A stretch of 64,000 nucleotides of DNA, from IMG/VR virus record IMGVR_UViG_3300032287_003113, positions 155,880-219,879 of that record. One strand, given 5' to 3'. This document shows, in pieces, positions 28,612-36,623 of the stretch; position 1 is the first letter of the stretch, and every line of letters begins with the position of its first letter. The notes under the pieces are model-generated. The model did not search any database. It was not told where the DNA came from and saw only the letters and a list, made by a program, of their open reading frames with translations. Both the position numbers and the translations under genes were made by a program.

Positions 28612-29670
28612 TTATTGAGATTTTTTACCCATATATTCGTGGCTATAACACACCCTATAAGCATCGCGAACAGTGGTTGTGCCGCCATAGCCCGCCATTT
28701 TTCTAGCAGTACCGTCTTTGTTTAAGTAACTACCTATCCTAGACTTCTTGTTCATTGATGTGGGGCGCCACAGGTCTGACTTTTCTCTGTGTTCACCAAA
28801 GCTAGGGTGTGCAGTCTTACTAAAGTACCTTAGCCCACGGCTCACATATATTTCAGCAACGGCATCGCTAAACGCTGTGCCTATACCCATGCCCTGAAAC
28901 TCGGGAAGGATTACTGTACGATGACCACGCCAGTACGAATGAATATCTCTGTTGGTTGAATGTATTGCGGCATGGAAGCCAATGGGCTTGTCGCCTAACA
29001 GTAACACATAGTAATGAGCACTCTTACTGATTGCAGTATCTAGATAGTGATACCGACTGAAATATCTCCAATAGTCGACACTTGAGCTTTTGATGGTGAG
29101 TGCAAGTTGTGGTCTTGTCCCCAGTCGAAAGGGTGACCTCCGGTTTTCTAAGACACAGAGATCTGTGTCATATACGTAGTCTGGATCTAACCATTCTACT
29201 ATGTCTCGATGGCAACTGGCAATGTATAACGGATTGGTACTGCTTTGACGATCGTAAAACTTGCGAATACTCAATGCAAGACTCTTAGCAGTATCACGGT
29301 CCACAACACTTGTAAACTCATCTACTGCGGTTAATCCTTGGTCTAGACTTATGGCCATTTCAAAGCGATGATATTCGCCGTTGCTCAATGTTGCAGGTGC
29401 TCGGAACCAAGCGGGTATGCTACGCAGGCCACAGGCCAGTAACAACTCTTCTCCACGTTCAGGTGTGGTAAAGTTCTCTATTGTGTTAAGAGTATTATCT
29501 ACTACAGGTTGTTGAAGTTTGCCTAAGCTACGTAGGATAGTACTCTTGCCACTGCCTGACGTACCTACAATTAATACAATACCATCCGTTGGAAGCTCGG
29601 GTATTGCTACCTGTGACTCTTTATAGTCTGTGATGTCGTACTTGCGTTTAATTTCTTCTAAGTAGCTCAT
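28612..29670 (-). CDS. ABC-type ATPase fused to a C-terminal GNAT acetyltransferase-like domain
   Basis: GTSGSGKS, LSNGE..R signature, VDEFTS Walker B; C-terminal RTVILPEFQGMGIG acetyl-CoA motif A. Confidence 0.8.
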   Translation of the reverse strand: MSYLEEIKRKYDITDYKESQVAIPELPTDGIVLIVGTSGSGKSTILRSLGKLQQPVVDNTLNTIENFTTPERGEELLLACGLRSIPAWFRAPATLSNGEYHRFEMAISLDQGLTAVDEFTSVVDRDTAKSLALSIRKFYDRQSSTNPLYIASCHRDIVEWLDPDYVYDTDLCVLENRRSPFRLGTRPQLALTIKSSSVDYWRYFSRYHYLDTAISKSAHYYVLLLGDKPIGFHAAIHSTNRDIHSYWRGHRTVILPEFQGMGIGTAFSDAVAEIYVSRGLRYFSKTAHPSFGEHREKSDLWRPTSMNKKSRIGSYLNKDGTARKMAGYGGTTTVRDAYRVCYSHEYMGKKSQ

Positions 29671-30875
29671 GCTATTTCAAATACAGCAGGATTTAAATCG
29701 TTGATAGTTTTTTTATTTTTCTTAGGTACAGGCAACACCGGTTTAGTAAAAGTTTTTCCAAGAGAATCAGCACAAACAACATTTGATGCAGGAACACCGG
29801 GTAATCTTTTTAAAGCAGAATCTACATTAGATTGAGTTAAATCAATTCCGTATATGGTGTCCACAGGAATATTATTTGCTAATTTTCTTTTTTGTATTGC
29901 TACCAAAAACTGACCGTCACCACACATAGAATCTATAAAAGTATTATCTGGATTTGTAAATGCAGTAGGATCGTATTGTTCAATGACGTTTAATACTTCT
30001 TCTACTAAACTTGTTGGAGTAAACACTTCGCCTAATGCTTTAACACGGTCTCGATCTTCCGTAATATCATTATCTAATACTTTAGGAGCCGTCAAATCTT
30101 GCGGTGTAATATTCCATTCTTTAGGAGTTTCTAATCCCGTAACAATTTGATTAATATCAAATTTTTTAACATTACGCATACCAAATGCATGGCCGCGTAG
30201 TTTCATACGTTTAACATATTCCTTAAAAACAGGATTCTTTTCTACAAATAATTTTAATTTTTCTGCTTCGGCAATAGTAGCAGTTGGTATGTAGCAGATA
30301 GTCCCACCATATACTGCTTCATCTGTGACCGTATAACTTTTACGACTTTCCATTGTATAAAAGGCAAATTTAGGACCTGCGTCAATTTTGACGTCGGTAT
30401 AATCATATGCAACTTGATCTCTACCTTTACCGGGCAACTGTCTAATTACTTTATTCTTTTTACCTGCACCAAAAAACTTATTCATGCCATTGTTACTGCC
30501 ACTGTAATAAACAAAGTCAAAACAATCTGCAGGGTTGGGACTGTAAATCTTTGCAGCCATGCCACCTAATATTACAGGCGGGGTCGTGCGTGGAAGTTTG
30601 CTTACACTAAAGAAACAGGTGTTATACGGCCATACATCAAGATTGTCCATTAAATGAATAAAGTTAACTTGATAGTCTTTAAAGTACCCGTTGACCAAGT
30701 CTGGGATAATGCCTTTGAGGGTAATATTAACTAATGTACCAGAGTCGGCAACACGATTATCAAAATCGTTGCGTGTGGCTGTTTTATAAAGAGTGGTGTT
30801 TCCGCCAGTGCCGGCAATGTTATTACCTTCGGCTACATTGAACGCTGGGTTACTAATTGCATAATTAAATTGCAT
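29667..30875 (-). CDS. N6-adenine DNA methyltransferase-like protein, circularly permuted
   Basis: N-terminal FNYAISNPAF (motif IV-like); C-terminal GEVFTP (X), FIDSMCGDGQFL (I), IYGIDL (II), CADSL (III). Confidence 0.75.
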   Translation of the reverse strand: MQFNYAISNPAFNVAEGNNIAGTGGNTTLYKTATRNDFDNRVADSGTLVNITLKGIIPDLVNGYFKDYQVNFIHLMDNLDVWPYNTCFFSVSKLPRTTPPVILGGMAAKIYSPNPADCFDFVYYSGSNNGMNKFFGAGKKNKVIRQLPGKGRDQVAYDYTDVKIDAGPKFAFYTMESRKSYTVTDEAVYGGTICYIPTATIAEAEKLKLFVEKNPVFKEYVKRMKLRGHAFGMRNVKKFDINQIVTGLETPKEWNITPQDLTAPKVLDNDITEDRDRVKALGEVFTPTSLVEEVLNVIEQYDPTAFTNPDNTFIDSMCGDGQFLVAIQKRKLANNIPVDTIYGIDLTQSNVDSALKRLPGVPASNVVCADSLGKTFTKPVLPVPKKNKKTINDLNPAVFEIA

Positions 30876-31587
30876 TTGACATTTTCTTAAAGATTTCTTT
30901 TAATTCTTCTGTGGACTTTAAATATTTAGTCTGCCAAGATTTATATAATTCAGGTTCTGTTTTAGAATTAAAATTCCACCCAATTTGGTCTTGTCTTTTT
31001 TTATCTAAGTTTTCTTGAAGAATTGCTAATCTAGTAGCAGTATCACCTTTAATTTTTCCGGACCCTTGACTTGATCCGATGGCCTCGTAAAATTTAGGTT
31101 TGCCAGATTTTTTATCAATTTTGTAAGGGGTAATAGCACGTTGACGAATTTCATCGATTAGTTCGTCTTTGGTGAGATAAAAATATTCTACTTTAGTATT
31201 ATCCCATGCCTTCATAAACAAGTAACCAGCCAAATCTTCGTAAAAGCGTAATTGCCCACCACCAATTGCATCACCGGATGAAAACGATACCTTAAGTTCA
31301 ATATTATTTTTTCCTGGTACCAACATTTCTCCTGCAACTAAGTCGCCTAAGTCAAGACCTTCTTCGTCATTCTTTTTATCATAACTTAACGCATCTTTTT
31401 TCTTAGTACCAGTTTGGTGTGCTACCCAGCCCTCAATAAATTTTTCAGCTGATTTTTGTTTCATAGCACCATAATACTCGTACATTTCTGAATATGGTGT
31501 AATGTAATAATTTTCAATATTTTCTAATAGTTCTTGTATTTCTTTGCGTTCTTTATTGCTGGCTTTAATTCGATCAAGTAACGACAT
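30865..31587 (-). CDS. Putative PD-(D/E)xK restriction endonuclease-like protein
   Basis: EKFIE...LGD...NIELKVS; directly upstream of the MTase in an AT-rich cassette. Confidence 0.45.
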   Translation of the reverse strand: MSLLDRIKASNKERKEIQELLENIENYYITPYSEMYEYYGAMKQKSAEKFIEGWVAHQTGTKKKDALSYDKKNDEEGLDLGDLVAGEMLVPGKNNIELKVSFSSGDAIGGGQLRFYEDLAGYLFMKAWDNTKVEYFYLTKDELIDEIRQRAITPYKIDKKSGKPKFYEAIGSSQGSGKIKGDTATRLAILQENLDKKRQDQIGWNFNSKTEPELYKSWQTKYLKSTEELKEIFKKMSNAI

Positions 31588-31617
31588 AGATTTCCCAATA
31601 TTTTACTGTAGAACTAC

Positions 31618-31646
31618 AGTATAACACAAATGGATTTATTAGTCAA
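31618..31646 (-). promoter_or_regulatory. Sigma70-type promoter, conserved-spacer family
   Basis: TTGACT-17-TATACT; spacer AATAAATCCATTTGTGT. Confidence 0.75.
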
Positions 31647-31663
31647 CCTTTACAGTTGACTAA
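31639..31663. repeat. Inverted repeat covering the -35 box (operator candidate)
   Basis: TTAGTCAAC-7 nt-GTTGACTAA, perfect 9-bp arms. Confidence 0.5.
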
Positions 31664-31675
31664 AAGTTATCCACA

Positions 31676-32071
31676 TTAAGTTATTACTATTCGCATGGTT
31701 TTCCAACTATTGTAGTACTGTTCGGTATTGTGACAGAGTCTACTGGTCACAATGTAACGATGATATCGTTGCCTAAACCTGCGATGAGATGTGGTAAGTT
31801 TATTGGGGTCAATTGACAACCAATAAAATGCGAGCCAGGCCCGCATGATAGAAACCACAGCAATTGGCGGAAAATCTCTGTCCATAATGGCATTTAAATA
31901 TTGATCAACTCTTTTATTGAGTTCATCGTTATTGTTCACACGGCTGAGTTCTTCGCCAACGGCAATAGCAATTTCTTCGGGGCGGCCATATTTGACCACA
32001 TGCTCTCCTACCCGTCCTTGCAAATCTGCCCAGAATAGTTTTTGTTTTTTGGTAAGACGTTTGACTTTCAC
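31676..32071 (-). CDS. Hypothetical protein
   Basis: 131-aa ORF overlapping the upstream stop. Confidence 0.6.
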   Translation of the reverse strand: MKVKRLTKKQKLFWADLQGRVGEHVVKYGRPEEIAIAVGEELSRVNNNDELNKRVDQYLNAIMDRDFPPIAVVSIMRAWLAFYWLSIDPNKLTTSHRRFRQRYHRYIVTSRLCHNTEQYYNSWKTMRIVIT

Positions 32072-32382
32072 CCCAAGATCCTTTCAGAAATACGGTGAGA
32101 CATTGTGTCTGGCATCTCTTGACAAATGATATCAAGATAATAAAGTGCTATTTCTCTCACTGTAGCCAGATCAGATTCGCATTTAATTTGTAGAGCTATA
32201 TCGCTGTATAGTTGATAAGCATTTTGATATTGCGGTAATTCCATTGGATTGTATTCCACATACTCGTTGGTCAACAGTGGGTTGAACGAATCGTGCCCGG
32301 GTCTTGTTGTATGTTTTTGCTCTGATTTGAGTGCTGCTAGTAACGCTTTTAATCGCGTTGATTGATTTCTGTTGTTACTCAT
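32068..32382 (-). CDS. Hypothetical protein
   Basis: AAGGA SD 8 nt upstream. Confidence 0.65.
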   Translation of the reverse strand: MSNNRNQSTRLKALLAALKSEQKHTTRPGHDSFNPLLTNEYVEYNPMELPQYQNAYQLYSDIALQIKCESDLATVREIALYYLDIICQEMPDTMSHRISERILG

Positions 32383-32545
32383 TTGGACATTTCCTTCAAT
32401 GTGCCAACCTGCCGTTGTTAATATATAGAGTTACTTCTACTACTAACTACCATTGATACTATCGCTGGACTACCTGGTATGTTCGCTTATCTAGCATTGC
32501 ACTAGAGGGCCGGGTAGTGTCACCGGTTGGCCTGGTGATGAAGTA

Positions 32546-32574
32546 ATTATATATTATTGTTGTAGTGATGTCAA
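32546..32574 (-). promoter_or_regulatory. Consensus sigma70 promoter
   Basis: TTGACA-17-TATAAT, perfect. Confidence 0.8.
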
Positions 32575-32599
32575 AAACAATATTTGCCAAACTTGTATT

Positions 32600-32986
32600 T
32601 TATTGCGTTGATTCTAAGTTATCTAAATAGGCTTTCAAGTTGCCAGAATGTAGTGTAAGCATCATGGCTTCCTCTTCTTCGAACACTATTATTTTTTGAC
32701 GTTTGAGCAAGTAATACATGCTTTTGAATTGCCGTTCTAATTGTAGTAGTTGGTGATTTGTTAATTCTTCGGGCAAGGCAAATTCATAGCTTTGTAGTTT
32801 AAGCACAGCCTTGACAAATTGTAAGCCGGCAAGACTTAGTCTTAGGCTGGTGTCGTCTGTGGGATTCTTCCACCAACGCAGTTGCAGGTCAGTGGTTTGG
32901 CCAACAGGAATGTTGGCCTGTTCAACAAATATTTTTGTGAGTTGACGTTGAGTGTAACGCTTATGGGAAGATTTTGTCGCCGGCAC
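32600..32986 (-). CDS. Hypothetical protein
   Basis: Open frame 32600..33061; start uncertain, GTG 32986 chosen to limit overlap. Confidence 0.55.
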   Translation of the reverse strand: MPATKSSHKRYTQRQLTKIFVEQANIPVGQTTDLQLRWWKNPTDDTSLRLSLAGLQFVKAVLKLQSYEFALPEELTNHQLLQLERQFKSMYYLLKRQKIIVFEEEEAMMLTLHSGNLKAYLDNLESTQ

Positions 32987-33248
32987 GTAACAGTACCACA
33001 CTGAACTTGTCAGTCTTAAACAAGGTGTTGAGTTTCTTGCACAGATTGATTGCATGGCCACTGTTACTGAAACTTACTTTTTTGTACTTGGGGCCAGGGT
33101 AGCTCACTAGAATATTGTGTGTTTTGAGATTGATAGGTTGATTGTCGTAGAACACCGCCCAGATACCTTCAGAGGCCAGCACTTGCTCGCTCTTGTAAGT
33201 GGTTTTGTTAACGTGGTCCAACAACACAGTTGGCTTGGGTCTAGACAT
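32961..33248 (-). CDS. Hypothetical protein (MSRPKP...)
   Basis: AAGGA SD; TAAATA motif upstream. Confidence 0.7.
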   Translation of the reverse strand: MSRPKPTVLLDHVNKTTYKSEQVLASEGIWAVFYDNQPINLKTHNILVSYPGPKYKKVSFSNSGHAINLCKKLNTLFKTDKFSVVLLRAGDKIFP

Positions 33249-33273
33249 TTTCAGTTATCCTTGATATACTGTT

Positions 33274-33279
33274 TATTTA
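33274..33279 (-). promoter_or_regulatory. Late-type promoter motif TAAATA
   Basis: Intergenic ATAAATA about 26 nt upstream of the 33248 start. Confidence 0.5.
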
Positions 33280-33297
33280 TCTCTTAATATACGTATA

Positions 33298-33516
33298 TTA
33301 TTTAAAACCGCCACCATCCATGCTGATATCAGTTTTGATGATGGAATTTTCGGTATTTTTACTCAATCCACTGATGGTGGCCAACAACTCGTAAATTTCG
33401 GCATGCAAGTTGCGAGCTTCTTGAGCATTCAGTGTTAAGATTTTGCCATTGCTTTGATTCATGGCTCTAACACGATCGTTAAACATGCGTACATGAACAG
33501 ATACGTTATTGTCCAT
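33298..33516 (-). CDS. Hypothetical protein
   Basis: ORF in co-directional run. Confidence 0.6.
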   Translation of the reverse strand: MDNNVSVHVRMFNDRVRAMNQSNGKILTLNAQEARNLHAEIYELLATISGLSKNTENSIIKTDISMDGGGFK

Positions 33517-33982
33517 TGGCTTCTCGCATGGCTTCTATCATGCGGTCTTGAGTTTTGAATGGACCTTGATATTCGTAACGATTCAGTGTGATAAGTTTTG
33601 GACAGTAGGCACGAACCCAGGTTGAACTAAATTTAATAATGTAGTAGCCGGCACAGAAGAAACTTTTACTTTTGCTACCTTTGGTGTAGATGGGCAAGTA
33701 ACGTTGCACATCTAACACTTCGTTGTTGGGTTGTGTGTTGGTGGGAAATCCATACACATCATACACATCTAGTTTTTCTTTCTTGGGTTTTTCAGCCTTG
33801 ACAAATTCGATGTTGTATTTTTTACTGATCATCTTGATTGATGGAAACAGTTCTCTTTGCTCATCGTGTACATAAGCAAAGCCGCCTTCTTCAATGGCCT
33901 GGATGGTGGCAATCTTTTCTCCACCTTCTTCTACAATCCAAAATTTATTTTTTACAACAGGTTTAGCAATAATATCACTCAT
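33506..33982 (-). CDS. Hypothetical protein
   Basis: AGGAG SD, 158 aa. Confidence 0.7.
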   Translation of the reverse strand: MSDIIAKPVVKNKFWIVEEGGEKIATIQAIEEGGFAYVHDEQRELFPSIKMISKKYNIEFVKAEKPKKEKLDVYDVYGFPTNTQPNNEVLDVQRYLPIYTKGSKSKSFFCAGYYIIKFSSTWVRAYCPKLITLNRYEYQGPFKTQDRMIEAMREANGQ

Positions 33983-33991
33983 GGTGACTCC

Positions 33992-34351
33992 TTAAATAGC
34001 TTCTTGTAAGATCCATACCAACCAGATATAGAACGTGTAGTGAGCCAGCTGATCGGCTCCCAGTTGAATCCAAAACTTTTGTGTGTTAGCATCTCGTGTA
34101 CCCCATTTGGCTTTGACGTAATCTATGTGATAATGTACAACACTATCTAAGAGACCGAACACCAAACCCACCGGTGCACTATTCACAAATACTGTCACTA
34201 TGATGCCAGTAAACACGCCATGCATGACAGCATGTTCTATGCCTCCCATAAGACCATATGTGCCTTTTTGTTCGACCATGTATTCAAATTGCAATACGAA
34301 ATCTGCAATCCAATGTTTGACAGCCATCACAAACAATAACAAAAAAATCAT
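33992..34351 (-). CDS. DUF3307-like membrane protein
   Basis: KHWIADFVLQ, EHAVMHG, HYHID, DQLAH pattern with hydrophobic segments. Confidence 0.65.
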   Translation of the reverse strand: MIFLLLFVMAVKHWIADFVLQFEYMVEQKGTYGLMGGIEHAVMHGVFTGIIVTVFVNSAPVGLVFGLLDSVVHYHIDYVKAKWGTRDANTQKFWIQLGADQLAHYTFYIWLVWILQEAI

Positions 34352-34518
34352 CTTTTAATAAACCAATAATTTATCGCAGCAACCAACCAACTGATCGAAG
34401 CGTCAACATACTCTCCGCGACCAATCTGAGCACAACCGGCCATGATCAAAAAACCAATAAGAAACCAAGTGATTTCGGTGTAGTTACGCAAATACCACTG
34501 TCTAAAATTTTCTAACAT
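34348..34518 (-). CDS. Small membrane protein MLENFRQWYL...YWFIKR (56 aa; not in ORF track)
   Basis: AAGGA SD, TGA overlaps next ATG, two hydrophobic segments. Confidence 0.65.
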   Translation of the reverse strand: MLENFRQWYLRNYTEITWFLIGFLIMAGCAQIGRGEYVDASISWLVAAINYWFIKR

Positions 34519-34519
34519 A

Positions 34520-35515
34520 TTATTCCTTTTCTGGGTAACTTGCTTCTAAAAATCTAGTGTACTGTTCAGCGTATTCTGACATTTTTACTAGATCATATTT
34601 GCCGCAAAACTTTAAAAAATGGGCACCAATCATGGGGCGGTTAAGTGCCACGCTATTTCCATCTATGGTGCCACGGATTTTAACTTTGACGTCGTCGGGT
34701 TGTGCGGTTAGGTCAACTAGCACACGATTACGTTCATAGTCGTCCAGCACACGATGTTCCTGACCGTTGTGATCAGTCCAGCGTTGTAGCATTAGATTAT
34801 TCCACGCAAAGCCTTTCGCTGTTTTATCGTTAAATGCCTCAATGAGTCCCACTTTATTTTTACTTCCCACCTTACGCACCCCTGGGTATGCCGAGAAAAT
34901 GTTATCTGTGGGGTCACCTCGCATACATTTTTCGAAAAGAATCCACTTAGGATCCGGAATTGTTTTTGGTTCCTTAGTTTTTTTATCTTTGACTGGGGCA
35001 CCTTTCTTGTCGAAAATACCTTGAATAGTGTGGAGCTCATCTGAGATTCCGTTATATTGATTTACATTTTCTGCTAGTAGTTGATGAAAGTCTGTATCAC
35101 TTGACACAATGGTATGATGATCACGTGGGTGGGCTTGTATCCAACCGGCAATCAAATCATCTGCTTCAAGTTCAGGGTGTTGTAATACTGTGCAGTTTGT
35201 TTTTGTGGCCAAGAAGTCTTTGAGAGTATCGAAGCTTTCCCAAAACAATGCATCTTCTTCAGCTTCTTTTTCTGTCAAGGCCGCACGAGCCACACTACGA
35301 TTCTTTTTATAAGGCTCATAGTAGTCTTTACGCCACGAGCGACCTTCCAAGCAGAAAATAACATGGTCTGCCTTTTGGTCTCTCCAGCTCTTATTAACAC
35401 TATTTAATGTCACCTGAATGGCGAAACCCAGCCTATCCCAAGTATCAGCTTGACGGTGTGCGGCATGCCTGGCACGGAAGAAAGTATTAGCGGTGTCAAC
35501 AAGTAGATATCTCAT
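34520..35515 (-). CDS. rnh: T4-type RNase H / 5'-3' flap exonuclease
   Basis: LLVDTAN, EADDLIA, SSDTDFHQL, GDPTDNI; start moved to ATG 35515. Confidence 0.85.
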   Translation of the reverse strand: MRYLLVDTANTFFRARHAAHRQADTWDRLGFAIQVTLNSVNKSWRDQKADHVIFCLEGRSWRKDYYEPYKKNRSVARAALTEKEAEEDALFWESFDTLKDFLATKTNCTVLQHPELEADDLIAGWIQAHPRDHHTIVSSDTDFHQLLAENVNQYNGISDELHTIQGIFDKKGAPVKDKKTKEPKTIPDPKWILFEKCMRGDPTDNIFSAYPGVRKVGSKNKVGLIEAFNDKTAKGFAWNNLMLQRWTDHNGQEHRVLDDYERNRVLVDLTAQPDDVKVKIRGTIDGNSVALNRPMIGAHFLKFCGKYDLVKMSEYAEQYTRFLEASYPEKE

Positions 35516-35521
35516 GTAGTT

Positions 35522-35550
35522 ATAATAGCATATAATGATTAAGTTGTCAA
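35522..35550 (-). promoter_or_regulatory. Sigma70 promoter, probably giving a leaderless rnh mRNA
   Basis: TTGACA-17-TATTAT, then 6 nt to the ATG; no SD. Confidence 0.6.
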
Positions 35551-36240
35551 TAGCGTTTGGACATAATTTTGGTATAGGAATTCGGCCCAGGCGGTATGGG
35601 CATCTGGACCAAAATGATATGATCCAGGACGAACCGTTTCGAATCCCCGTTGCTTTAACCAATTGTAGTAAGTATATTCTGGACTGTATGGATGTATGTA
35701 ACTGTTGCCCCATTCAAATTTTAAAGTTTTGGTAAATGGTTCAAATGTGTTAAAAAATATGTGTGGTATTTTGTTCTGGTCAAGATATCTATGCAGTTGG
35801 TGTATTTTTTCGTGTGCGTTTCTAACAGCATGATCGTAGTTGATGTTTAAAATGTAACCGCGGTATTGATCTTTGATTTCTGTAGGCCAATCTTCACCAA
35901 TGCCACCGGCATTGACTTGCCAATACTGTTCAGTGCCTTCGTGCCACCACTCTTCTCGTTCCCATGTTGACCACCCAATGATGACCAACTCGGGTTTTAC
36001 AATGTCAAGGGCCTTGTAAGTGGTACGAATGATTCTGTCGTTGCTACTGGCTGACTCTGCATCACATTGTAGTATGGCACCCAGCATGTTGGCCAACTCA
36101 CAGCCGTAGCTGACACGTAGATTATCTGGATGCGGTTCACGTGCCATGTTCCAATATAGGCTATCGTCTTGGGCAAACGAATATGTGTTTACTGCTTCGG
36201 CACCAGCACTATGGCTGTCACCATTTACATACAAGATCAC
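35539..36240 (-). CDS. SGNH-like protein
   Basis: NGDSHSAG, SASSNDRI, C-terminal YHFGPDAH. Confidence 0.5.
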   Translation of the reverse strand: MILYVNGDSHSAGAEAVNTYSFAQDDSLYWNMAREPHPDNLRVSYGCELANMLGAILQCDAESASSNDRIIRTTYKALDIVKPELVIIGWSTWEREEWWHEGTEQYWQVNAGGIGEDWPTEIKDQYRGYILNINYDHAVRNAHEKIHQLHRYLDQNKIPHIFFNTFEPFTKTLKFEWGNSYIHPYSPEYTYYNWLKQRGFETVRPGSYHFGPDAHTAWAEFLYQNYVQTLLTT

Positions 36241-36623
36241 GATACTTCAGTACGCCCGTCACCAATATCTCTACGTTCAATGTTGCGTGGACGTGCATCT
36301 ATTGGCTGATTGGCTTCCCATTGTTCAAAGTTTTCTGCCACTACATTTTTACACACATCAGCAAACCAACGGTCTACCATGTCTGCATCTGTATCTGCAG
36401 GTTTGTGTTGATATCCAGCACGTACCAGATTGGCAATAAACTTGTCATTCCAATCCAGTTCAAATGCACCGTTGCCAATGTTGTCTGGATCTAAATCTAC
36501 ACTAAGAATCGCCACATAAGGTTCGCCCTTTTCTGTGGCCAAATCCTTGGCAGATTTTTTTCGAGTCTTGGGTGCTTCTGGTTTTGTTTCGGGTTTCTTT
36601 TTAAAGCGATCAAATATTCCCAT
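36237..36623 (-). CDS. Hypothetical protein
   Basis: AAGGA SD, 128 aa. Confidence 0.7.
   Translation of the reverse strand: MGIFDRFKKKPETKPEAPKTRKKSAKDLATEKGEPYVAILSVDLDPDNIGNGAFELDWNDKFIANLVRAGYQHKPADTDADMVDRWFADVCKNVVAENFEQWEANQPIDARPRNIERRDIGDGRTEVS

Noticed and set aside
31667-31675. Perfect DnaA box TTATCCACA
   Set aside because: A single copy; one 9-mer on either strand of 64 kb is near chance, and no box cluster or unwinding element was seen
33285-33300. Perfect 16-bp palindrome TAATATACGTATATTA beside a TAAATA motif
   Set aside because: About one such palindrome is expected by chance in 64 kb, more in AT-rich DNA, and no second copy was found
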